From: an uncultured bacterium
GTDB taxonomy: Bacteria; Patescibacteriota; Minisyncoccia; Phycocordibacterales; PALSA-1337
Direction of reading: 5' to 3'
Assembly (NCBI GenBank): GCA_963701025.1
Contig: OY969557.1
Span: forward strand, 1-34,848
DNA length: 34,848 nt
Below, piece by piece: positions 26,873-34,848 of this stretch. Below the pieces are notes generated by a model, which made no database searches, was not told the DNA's origin, and saw only the letters and a program-made list of their open reading frames with translations. A program made the position numbers and the translations under genes. Numbering within the stretch: the stretch's first letter is position 1; the number at the start of each line of letters is the position of its first letter.

Positions 26873-26915
26873 AACTCTCAGGGGCCGCGACCTAATGTCG
26901 TAGACCCATTAGAGT
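26873..26915 (-). promoter_or_regulatory. Conserved leader hairpin M3, copy 1
   Basis: Minus strand ACTCTA.TGGGT..ACGAC-loop-GTCGCG...CCTGAGAGTT; repeated at 27496-27539 with compensatory stem changes. Confidence 0.6.
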
Positions 26916-26960
26916 GCCCCACATTACTGTGAGGCCGAGATTACTTCAATCTCGAAAGTG

Positions 26961-27455
26961 TTATGAAACTGAAACCAGCGGATGAGAAGCACAGTAGGCT
27001 TCGATCTCGTCGTGGCGCTTCTTCAACTGGTATGCAGCCTGTTGCATTGCTTGTTCATCGCTGTCTTGGCCATGGCCCCAGTTGTCCCTGAATGGGATGG
27101 CTGTTCCAGCGTAGAGAACATCTCCAGGCTTGTCGCCAATGCGGATAGAAATCCTCGCCGCAGTTTCCAGCTGGTATTCACCACCAGGATTTCCACGGAT
27201 GGGACACGTGCCACAAATGGTGACGAGTTCCCATTCAATTGTCCCTGCCCACCACCCCATCTCTTTTTCTAGGAGTAGGGCAAGCTTGGTCCAATTGGCG
27301 AACATTTCACCAAGGTGTTCCGGTGTCGGAACTACATCCTTCCAAGCTCCTGTAGCAGGCATAAACATGCCAGGGAGTTTTTTCCACCAATCACCATCGT
27401 ATACGATACCCTGCGGAGGTGTCACCGTGCGATGGCTCATTGTTGTTTTTAGCAT
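26961..27455 (-). CDS. Hypothetical protein
   Basis: 164-aa ORF, GAAAGG upstream; no motif recognised. Confidence 0.7.
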   Translation of the reverse strand: MLKTTMSHRTVTPPQGIVYDGDWWKKLPGMFMPATGAWKDVVPTPEHLGEMFANWTKLALLLEKEMGWWAGTIEWELVTICGTCPIRGNPGGEYQLETAARISIRIGDKPGDVLYAGTAIPFRDNWGHGQDSDEQAMQQAAYQLKKRHDEIEAYCASHPLVSVS

Positions 27456-27495
27456 ACTTTAACCTTTCGTTGTTGATTGTTGACTCAAAGAACTG

Positions 27496-27539
27496 AACTC
27501 TCAGGATTCGCGACGGAAGTGTCGTGAACCCAGTAGAGT
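27496..27539 (-). promoter_or_regulatory. Conserved leader hairpin M3, copy 2
   Basis: Same motif as 26873-26915. Confidence 0.6.
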
Positions 27540-27576
27540 CCCGCTTACGATTCGAACGTAAGCGGGGCGTGACATT
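27540..27576. repeat. Hairpin direct repeat, copy 2
   Basis: 10-bp perfect stem CCCGCTTACG/CGTAAGCGGG; matches 25837-25874. Confidence 0.7.
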
Positions 27577-27584
27577 TTTGTGTT

Positions 27585-28274
27585 CTAAGGAGCGATTGGC
27601 CAGCAGTATTCGTTAGCTGGATTGTATGTCCACCAAGACGGTGACCAATTCATTGATACTGCCACCGAAACCAATGCGAGGACAACGAGCGAAGCTGCCG
27701 GAGCATACCAACCCCACATCTGCATCTCCTGTCTGGCCTGGAAGACTGCTTTGCCAATGGCCGAGAACTCGACCGGACAAAATGAAGATTTCCAGATGCC
27801 AGTGAAGAGTAGGCGGTCACTCTTGCATTCAAGCGCTTCGAATCGCCAAGTGCAGAGAGCTTTCCCTCTGATTACTCTGCGATCAGCAAGGATGAAACGG
27901 CAATAGAATCTCATGCCGACCCTGACCGGATGCTTGAAGTCCACTTCCTCGTATCTTGAGGCGATGACCTCCGCTCTTTCGACGAACCGAAAGAACCGGT
28001 GAACACATGCCTTTGTCAGAGAAAGTGCCAAATCCCCGCAGAGTGTAAGACCACCGAGATCGGACTTATACAACAGAGCAGTGAACGGATTGATGTGAAC
28101 CGGATTCCAGTCACGATCAATGATTGCATGCAAGATTAGTTTCCACAGGCTGGCGCGCACGGGCTTGCATTGCCACGTGTGCCCGATGGGGACCTTTGCC
28201 AGATCCGAGGCGTTGTTGAGAATGAGTGTTTTCAAAATTATCTCCTGTTTGTTTTGGCGGATTTTAAGCTCCAT
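27585..28274 (-). CDS. MaoC-like hotdog-fold dehydratase with C-terminal TM helix
   Basis: DWNPVHIN motif, VDFKHPVRVG strand; start ATG 28274 (the longer ORF start lies within the promoter). Confidence 0.7.
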   Translation of the reverse strand: MELKIRQNKQEIILKTLILNNASDLAKVPIGHTWQCKPVRASLWKLILHAIIDRDWNPVHINPFTALLYKSDLGGLTLCGDLALSLTKACVHRFFRFVERAEVIASRYEEVDFKHPVRVGMRFYCRFILADRRVIRGKALCTWRFEALECKSDRLLFTGIWKSSFCPVEFSAIGKAVFQARQEMQMWGWYAPAASLVVLALVSVAVSMNWSPSWWTYNPANEYCWPIAP

Positions 28275-28298
28275 GTAGAGCACCAAAACTCTGTCGCA

Positions 28299-28327
28299 AT
28301 TATAGCATAACAGCATAGTAAAGTCAA
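28299..28327 (-). promoter_or_regulatory. Near-consensus sigma70 promoter
   Basis: TTGACT-N17-TATAAT with extended -10 TG. Confidence 0.75.
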
Positions 28328-28376
28328 GCAAAATCGAGGCTTAAAATAATGGCTATTTTGGACTATAATTGAAGCC

Positions 28377-28979
28377 ATGGATGATCAAAATACGCCTATA
28401 GAGCCAGCCACAGAAGCACCAGCGCAGGCTCAAGAATCTGCCCCAACTCCTATTGAGCCGGAATCTAGCCAGCCAAATGGCTCTACGCCTACCGATTTGC
28501 CCCCTGAGGCCCCAGAATCGCCTATAAACGCTTCTAGTGATACTCCCGTTGAAGATCAAAATCAAGGGGTAAACCAGCCAGAAAGCAACACCCCAGAAGA
28601 GCCAATTTCTACTCCAAATGAGCCAGAAAATCCAGTAGATGATCAATCAGCTCCAGTGCAATCTGTACCTGTCTCAGCGCCGACGCTACAGACTCCGACA
28701 GCCTCACAACCACAACCGTCGGCGCTGGAGAACCAGACCAGCTTCATCCGCGCACTTCTCGCTAAAGCGAACGCAAAACTTGGTTCAAACAGACAAAAGA
28801 AGCTCGACAAGGTTATGCTGACAGCACAAAAGAAAGGATTCATAACCAACGAACAAGCTCAAGAACTTCTGCATTGCTCCGATGCCACTGCCACTAGATA
28901 TCTTTCAAAATTGGTTCAGCAAGGAAGATTGAATCGCACAGACGGATCGCACTGGGTGAAATATATTTTTGTGCGCTGA
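28377..28979 (+). CDS. C-terminal wHTH protein with long Pro/Glu/Ser-rich disordered N-terminus
   Basis: ITNEQAQELLHCSDATATRYLSKLVQQGRL DeoR-like HTH. Confidence 0.8.
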   Translation: MDDQNTPIEPATEAPAQAQESAPTPIEPESSQPNGSTPTDLPPEAPESPINASSDTPVEDQNQGVNQPESNTPEEPISTPNEPENPVDDQSAPVQSVPVSAPTLQTPTASQPQPSALENQTSFIRALLAKANAKLGSNRQKKLDKVMLTAQKKGFITNEQAQELLHCSDATATRYLSKLVQQGRLNRTDGSHWVKYIFVR

Positions 28980-29044
28980 ATCTTGCGGCTCAGATGGTCA
29001 AACCTCTTGCGGATCAAATGGTGGATTTGAGCCGCAAGGTTTTC
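28979..29044. repeat. Iterated operator-like block R1 (2 direct + 1 inverted CTTGCGGMTCARA)
   Basis: Near-identical block at 29251-29315. Confidence 0.8.
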
Positions 29045-29066
29045 TAGATTTCTTTCTTCTTTCAAC

Positions 29067-29231
29067 CGAGAAACGGTCGACTTCCGCTTCTCACCACGAG
29101 TTCTGAGCGGATGTTTGTGCGGCGTAGCACTGCACGGTCGCCTCGGGCGACGGTGCAGGTTTCCGTGCGAAGCCGTTCTGACATCCGCGTAATGACTTTA
29201 TCTGAAGCGGAAGTGGGCCGCTTCGAGTCAC
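29067..29231 (+). other. Long branched hairpin M2, copy 2
   Basis: Covarying copy of 18908-19070. Confidence 0.7.
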
Positions 29232-29250
29232 CGGACTTTCATGCTAGGAT

Positions 29251-29315
29251 AATCTTGCGGATCAGATGGCAGAATGGCTTGCGGATCAAATGGTGGATTT
29301 GAGCCGCAAGGTTTC
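29251..29315. repeat. Iterated block R2
   Basis: Direct repeat of 28979-29044. Confidence 0.8.
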
Positions 29316-29322
29316 CTAAATA

Positions 29323-29516
29323 CCCGCGCGAAAAAATCAGCAGGGCGGCGCGGCATTCCTCCCCACACCCCTCCTGCCGCGCACGCCCTCTCCACGCGCC
29401 GAGCGGAGCGAAGGCGCAACCCCACAAGAAAACAGCGTCGCGGAGCGACACCATTTTCTTTCACTTCAATTATGAGGATTTTCCATAAAAAATGTTCGAA
29501 CTTCAAGTAAAAACTG
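29323..29516 (-). repeat. Arm B (194 bp), inverted copy of 19310-19503
   Basis: No difference seen by eye; the ORF track gives identical translations in both places. Confidence 0.9.
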
Positions 29517-29579
29517 CCGCACTTAGGTTTTATTATCGGACTATGTCGAGGCCTTGATAAATAGGCCTTGTTTGGAATC

Positions 29580-29621
29580 GTTCGAATCCCTCAAAGATTC
29601 ACCCTCTAGTGGGATTCGAAC
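29580..29621. repeat. GTTCGAATCCC/GGGATTCGAAC palindrome, copy 2
   Basis: Same arms as 43-82, different loop. Confidence 0.8.
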
Positions 29622-29652
29622 TTCATGATATAGTGAAATTATATTTTTACCT

Positions 29653-30164
29653 ATGAATTTATCAAATCTAATTCTAGCTCTTACGGCCATATTTATCGGG
29701 TGGCAATCGTGGGAGACACGTCGTTTAGTTCGATTAACAAGAATCAAGGATCTGCCTCTTTTGGATGTTGAATTTCAGGATAATGGTGCAAAGATTATAT
29801 TGAAAAATATCGGACAATCTCCGGCATACTCGCGCATCAATTAGACAGACTTCCAGATTGCGTGAAAACGAATATCTCGATTTTGACCCGCTACATAATT
29901 CTCGTTCCTCAATACTTCCTGGCGGAACCAGGGAGGTGTGGATGCACCATCAGCGCATAAGCGAAGGATCAATCGGCGGTTTTCTCGAAAGTATGCCCGT
30001 ACTGAGAAATGCCATAATGGCGAATACTGTCACGACCACTAAAAATTACCTGCAGTATTTCGATAAAGACGGAGTAAAAATTCATGAGGATCTTGTATAT
30101 AAAAGTAAGCGGAAATCGGATAGGAGGAAATCAGCAGGTATATTCAACCACTGCAGAAGTTTAG
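29653..30164 (+). CDS. N-terminally anchored hypothetical protein, split by two +1 frameshifts
   Basis: Removing one base near 29833 and one A at 30101-30104 joins the ORF pieces and ends the gene at TAG 30164, overlapping the convergent stop. Confidence 0.5.
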
Positions 30165-30940
30165 AGATTTCTGCGGGGATGATTTTGCATCGTCTTGATT
30201 ATCTGCTGATGCAATTTTGTCTGTTCCTCACGAGTGCTGATTCCGAGAGTCAGCTTATTTTTCTCTACGCCAGGTATCAGTTTTGCGCCCGGTGGTTTTG
30301 ATGTGATGAAAAAATAATGAGTGCCTTCGATGACGAACTTGCACATTTCTATACCTTCGGTCGTCACAAGGATCGGCGACATCGTAGGCATGTCATAGGT
30401 ATAAAGGCCTCTGCCTCCATCTGGAGTAGGCATAAGAGGCGGCATACATATGAAGCATGCGTATTCATCGGGTTCGCCGGGCCTTCCTTCCAAAATCATC
30501 TTTCGTAGCTCCTCCTGAACCTCAGGCTTCAGGCGCACTTGTTTGAAAGAATGGCCTTGAAGAAATGCTTGCCCGCCAAAGCATCGAAAGTAGAAAAAGC
30601 TTGAAGCGGGAATAGTCATAGGTCGGATCGTTCTCCCTAACCGCACATTCTTGCCCGTCTATATATTCCATGCGAGGAGGGAGGTTGGTTTGGAAGTTCA
30701 CCATGAAGAAATTGTGATGCATAGGTTTCAAGCTTGCCGATCACTCCGCTATCGCAACCCTGGCACAAGATACCGCCTTCGTACTCGCCATTGAATTTAA
30801 ATTGCGGTCGGTCGGTATTCAGGTAAACGATTAGGTTATTCTCTCCCGAGATGAATTTATAGAGAAAATCGCGGAATGATATGAGATTCCTTGCAGAGAT
30901 CTTTATATTCAAGACAGAGTTTGCATTGCCCTTTTTTCAT
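30161..30940 (-). CDS. HNH-like Zn-binding nuclease, split by three +1 frameshifts
   Basis: Reconstructed MKKGQCKLC...SHIIPDFLYK...LCQGCD..IGKLE...DYSRFKLFLLSMLWRASIS..FFKQVRL from adjacent frames. Confidence 0.6.
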
Positions 30941-30985
30941 GGCCAAAGTCTAACAAATTAAGATGGTTCTGAAAATTGGGATTCG

Positions 30986-32303
30986 TTACACCACCTCCAC
31001 CACTCCCTTCGTGATCTTGAGTTTCGAGCGGAAGCATCCCATAAGCTCGCGCTTCTCCTCGTTCGTGCCCTCCTTGAGGATGTATTTCGCGTAGGTCTTG
31101 ATGTCCACTTCCTCGTGCGATGCGCCTGGTTTGCCGAGTCCGAGCACCGTGCGTTGGAATTTGTTGAAGCGCTTGAGCTCGTCCTCGAACTTGTAGCGGA
31201 TGCCGTGCTCGTTGAATTCGAGCTTGCCCAGAAGACCAGTTAGCTGTTCGATCAGCACTTCCTCGCGCAAATATTTGTTACCTCTGCAATTTTTGTCGCG
31301 GGTGCGCCCGCAGCCGTAGTACACATATCTTGCGGTCGTGCCGTCTTTCAGTTGCTTGTATTTCTCCTCGGCCGATATGCACGATCCGCATGCTCCGCAG
31401 GTCATCAGTTTCGTGAAGGCGAACTCGTGGCTTTCTCGCTGGATACCGTCGCGCTTGAGCCGCGCTTGTACTTTGTCGAAGAGCTCTTGTGTCACGAGTG
31501 GCTCATGCTTGCCCTGATACCAGTTGCCGCTCTTCTTCGGGAACTCGAAGATGCCGTGATAGAAGGGATTTTGAAGAGTTCGATATACATTGCCGAGGGA
31601 AAGCGGCTTGTTGCCGGTCGTGTGGAAGTTGAGCTCGAAGCGGAGCCAGTGGTATACCTTCCGACCAGACCATTCCTCGTGTGCCACTTTCTCGAACATC
31701 TTCTTGATGACATGTCCTCGCTCGGGGTCGATGATCACCTGGCTCTTGCGATCGGCGATCCGCTGATTCAGGTATCCGGTCGGAGCGGTGCCGGGCCGGT
31801 ATCCCATCTCGCATCGCGTTCGCAGTCCGCGCTTCACGTTGATACCTCGGTTGTCGTTCTCGAACTTCGCCTGCGATCCGAGAATCATCAAGAGGAATTT
31901 CTCGTTCGGGTTATTGCGAAAACTTCTGCCCGTACGTCCGGATCTCGAGAAGCTTTCCAGCGTCCATGAGGTCGACGATCTTGCCGAGGTCACCTGCGTT
32001 ACGGCTGATGCGGTCCGGCGCCCACGTGAGGATGCCGTTATACTTCTCATCCTTGATCTCCTCGACAATCTCGTTGAAGATCGGCCGTTGGCCGGTCTCC
32101 TTGGCCGAGTGCGACTCTCGCTTCATGGCCACGATCTCCAAGTCCTCGCGCTCGGCGAGCTGGAGCATCTCCTTTACCTGGCTGTCTATGGAGAGGACTT
32201 GGCGTTCCTCCGATTCCGTCGATTTTCTGGCATAAAGGCAGTATTTCACCTTTACGGGGCTTGCCGGTTTGGGTCCAGGCCCCAACGGCCCTTGTGATTG
32301 CAT
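30986..32303 (-). CDS. Large serine recombinase LSR3, paralog of LSR1, one +1 frameshift near 31915-31925
   Basis: KYCLYARKSTESEERQVLSIDSQ in one frame, FRNNPNEKFLLMILGSQAK...CGACG in the next; collinear with LSR1. Confidence 0.9.
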
Positions 32304-32320
32304 ATGTGTCATACAGCTAC

Positions 32321-32391
32321 AAGGGATGACGCAGACCGCTAAGGAAGTCCAGATCCTTTGAAAGGGCGGAGTTGGTAACTGGGCTTCGCAA
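32321..32391. repeat. Bipartite site copy 3 with GGCTTCGCAA right arm
   Basis: Matches 7915-7976 and 10899-10919. Confidence 0.7.
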
Positions 32392-32464
32392 TCACTTGCT
32401 TTTATGGTACAGTTTCGACACAACCGAATATGTGAAAAGTAGCCTAAACCCTCGAGAAATCGGC

Positions 32465-32582
32465 GGCATGGCGAAAAACCAGTAACGGATAGAGAACCCA
32501 TCATATGGGGTCACCGTTACTGGTCATATCGGGAAACTGGTATGGGTGCCGCAAGGCATCACCCATGTGGTGGGCTTTGTGT
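32465..32582 (+). ncRNA. Candidate structured leader RNA M1, copy 2
   Basis: 11-bp stem 32478-88/32514-24, CATATCGG-GAAA-CTGGTATG, GTGCC-GCAA-GGCAT. Confidence 0.6.
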
Positions 32583-32643
32583 TAGCACTACGCGGGGTTC
32601 GGGAGTATAATTTAGTCACGTTATTATTAGATAATAAATAATC

Positions 32644-34096
32644 ATGAAAAAATATCTTATATTCACTTCTCATCCCGCTTACAGGGTTGTCGCTCATGTT
32701 ATCAGTAGCGACTCCCGTATCTGCTCAAACTGAGACCGCTTCACCGTTGTGCTACACATTCACGAAAAATCTTGGTGAAGGCAGGCCGATAAGCTCGGCT
32801 GATTCACAGGCCCTGACCGTAGCTCTTATCAACGCCGGTGTCTGGAACCAGGAATCTCCGATCACGACCTATAACGACACTGTCGCTTCTGCGGTCTCGG
32901 GATTCCAAGAAAAATACTCTGCGCAAATCCTTACTCCGAATGGCTTGTCCTACGGAACTGGATTTGTCGGTGCTTCAACCCGAGCAGAATTAAATAGCCT
33001 TTATGGAGAATGCTCGAATCCTGCTCAGCCGGCTCAACCGATCTCATCGACACAATGCCCAGCGGGATATACCTGTACTCCGGTAAATCAAAATCCTGCT
33101 CCGGTTTGTCCTCCTGGCTGGACTTGTGTGCCCGCTGGATCTACACCTTCAACTCCTATCACATCTTCCGGTGCTACAACTGTATCGTTGACTCTCGATC
33201 CGTCATCTCCCTTGACTGGTCAGACGAGCCAAACCTCCGCCATACCGGTACTTGTCTTCGACCTTAATCCTCAAAATGGAGTAGCGGCTCTCACGAGAAT
33301 CAACGCTAACATAGTTACGAGCGGAACAGGAAGCGTTACCACGGCATACCTCTATGCAAATGGCGGCTTGCTCGCAACCGCTTCTGTTCAGAATGGCATG
33401 GCGTCCTTCACGAATGTCTTCAAGCAGATGTCAGCGAATACTTACCAGGCTTACACGATTAAAGTTGATACCGCTAACACTAGCGGACTTACAATTGCGG
33501 CTTCCGTAAATACCACTTCGGGATATGGAATCGTCAATGCAACAGGAGTCAATATGGCATTGACCGGATCAGCGACGGGATATCCGATTATGATTGGTGG
33601 AAATCCTGGCTCTCCAATCACCTCGCCTATCTCTCCAGTTTCGACTGCTACCGAATCGGCATCATTGACTCTCGATCCGTCATCGCCTCTTGCCGGTCCG
33701 GTGTATCAGAATACTTCCGTACCTGTGCTCGTGTTTGATTTGAACTCGAACACGTTGGCTGATCTCCAAACTCTAGGCGTTCAGCTTTCTACGAGCGGAT
33801 CAGGTAACGTCACAATGGCTTACCTCTCTCAAGGAGGAAAGAACATTGCAACGACGACAGTGAGCGGTAATACGATCCAGTTCAACCAAATCAACGTAAC
33901 GCCTATGAATGCGAATACGTACTACCCATTCATGGTCAAAGTTGATACCACTAATCCACAAAATCTGATGGTGACAGCTTCGGTCAATCAGGGTAATGCT
34001 AGGGTTCTCGATTCGACAGGTGTGTTCATGAATGTGAACGGACAGGCGTCTGGTTATCCGATTACAGTCACCGGTGCAAGCGGACCTAGTTATTAG
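32644..34096 (+). CDS. Surface protein: signal peptide, peptidoglycan-binding-like domain, two Ig-like repeats (+1 frameshift at 32662)
   Basis: Deleting one T gives MKKYLISLLIPLTGLSLMLSVATPVSA; VSGFQEKY..GFVGASTRAELN PG-binding-like; SLTLDPSSPL.G..VLVFDL repeated twice. Confidence 0.8.
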
Positions 34097-34121
34097 TATC
34101 GATTTGTCTTAGTGAAAGTAA

Positions 34122-34153
34122 AAAACGCACTGCCGATGAAGGCGGTGCGTTTT
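34122..34153. terminator. Bidirectional intrinsic terminator
   Basis: AAAACGCACTGCC/GGCGGTGCGTTTT between convergent genes. Confidence 0.8.
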
Positions 34154-34178
34154 GCGTTGAGTGACAAACCCTGAATTG

Positions 34179-34706
34179 TTACTGATAGGATTTCGGAGTG
34201 ACCATGATCAGCGAGAACTTGAATGAATTTGTCGCATTCCAAGTCTTGATGCTTTCCTTGAAATCATGTGCTCCTCCAAAGATGATAAGGGAGTAATGAT
34301 TGGTGACAGCACCCGACAAATGGTCTTGAGCAATTATTCTCAAGACTTCTCGTTCTCTATCTGTCATCACGAGCCGTCTTGATTCCGGCGACAGCATATT
34401 AATGTCTATCATTCCACCCACCTCCACCTTTTTGATCTCCGCGAGTCCACGCGCAAGCGTTGCGGCATCTTCTGTCAATCGCGGTTCCATGCCGCTTTCG
34501 ATCGCCAGGAAGAGGGATTGCGGGTGAATGGACCATGTGCCTGTTCCATAACGATCAAAGGCCGAATGGTCATCTCCAGGCATGCCGTTTCCCGCCATCT
34601 TTTTCAGGAGTCTGATTTCCTGCGCGGTGTCCTGATTGGTCGTCGTGTGCGGGTCGGCCTCAAGTTGCTCCGAGTCTGGTCTTTGCTTCGTGCCGCTCTT
34701 CCTCAC
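34179..34706 (-). CDS. Hypothetical protein, probably the 3' part of a longer frameshifted gene
   Basis: C-terminal LIIFGGAHDF; 5' end unclear, with open frames continuing toward the window end. Confidence 0.45.
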   Translation of the reverse strand: MRKSGTKQRPDSEQLEADPHTTTNQDTAQEIRLLKKMAGNGMPGDDHSAFDRYGTGTWSIHPQSLFLAIESGMEPRLTEDAATLARGLAEIKKVEVGGMIDINMLSPESRRLVMTDREREVLRIIAQDHLSGAVTNHYSLIIFGGAHDFKESIKTWNATNSFKFSLIMVTPKSYQ

Positions 34707-34848
34707 GTTCTTTCATGTCTGCGTATAATCCTCGTCCATACTTTAAGGTTCGAGAGGATGGTGTCTTGACTGTTAGTTGTGTAGCCCTCGAAATAATATG
34801 AGGACAGATTCAACCGAGCCTGGAGATTTGTGCCAATACCGATGATAT

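Larger units (their letters stand above)
17288..29521 (-). mobile_element. LSR2 integrative element (~12.2 kb) with defence cargo
   Basis: CCGCA core at 17288-17292 and 29517-29521; the arms inside each end (A 17293-17474, B 29323-29516) are found joined through TGCGG at 19123-19503. Confidence 0.7.

Noticed and set aside
26863-26882. Glycine riboswitch (GAAACTCTCAGG)
   Set aside because: Antisense to the downstream gene and lacks the rest of the aptamer; explained by M3 on the other strand. CTGAGA there also lacks the other TPP elements.
31905-31930. Programmed ribosomal frameshift in LSR3
   Set aside because: No convincing slippery site or stimulator; paralog LSR1 is continuous; six more +1 shifts lie nearby.
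1-34848. CRISPR array or rRNA
   Set aside because: No regularly spaced repeat-spacer series, no cas genes and no rRNA-like sequence.

Overview
Accessory island, probably from a Patescibacteria/CPR-type genome (inferred from gene families and surface-protein style, not proven). It starts with a pyrD-pyrC-pyrE-pyrF cluster, followed by ~31 kb of mobile and defence DNA built around three large serine recombinases (LSRs). Cargo includes a 4-gene wHTH/HEPN-like operon, an MmeI-type fused R-M enzyme, a terminase/ParB-methylase module without virion genes, an EcoRI-type MTase + DUF262-HNH pair, a ParB-like + Dam-type MTase pair and two surface proteins sharing an Ig-like domain. The non-coding architecture is the most unusual part. 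(1) A 12.2 kb element (17288-29521) has hybrid ends sharing a TGCGG core inside the LSR2 3' end, and carries a second, inverted, intact attP-like copy at 19123-19503. (2) A twice-occurring covarying RNA-like leader with an alternative 17-bp pairing. (3) A twice-occurring 160-nt hairpin with GCGNAGC mini-hairpins. (4) A repeated bipartite site upstream of LSR1 and LSR3 that also brackets the MmeI gene. Between 29.8 and 32.7 kb there are at least seven +1 frameshifts, most likely sequencing errors. All alignments and folds were done by eye; no database search was run.
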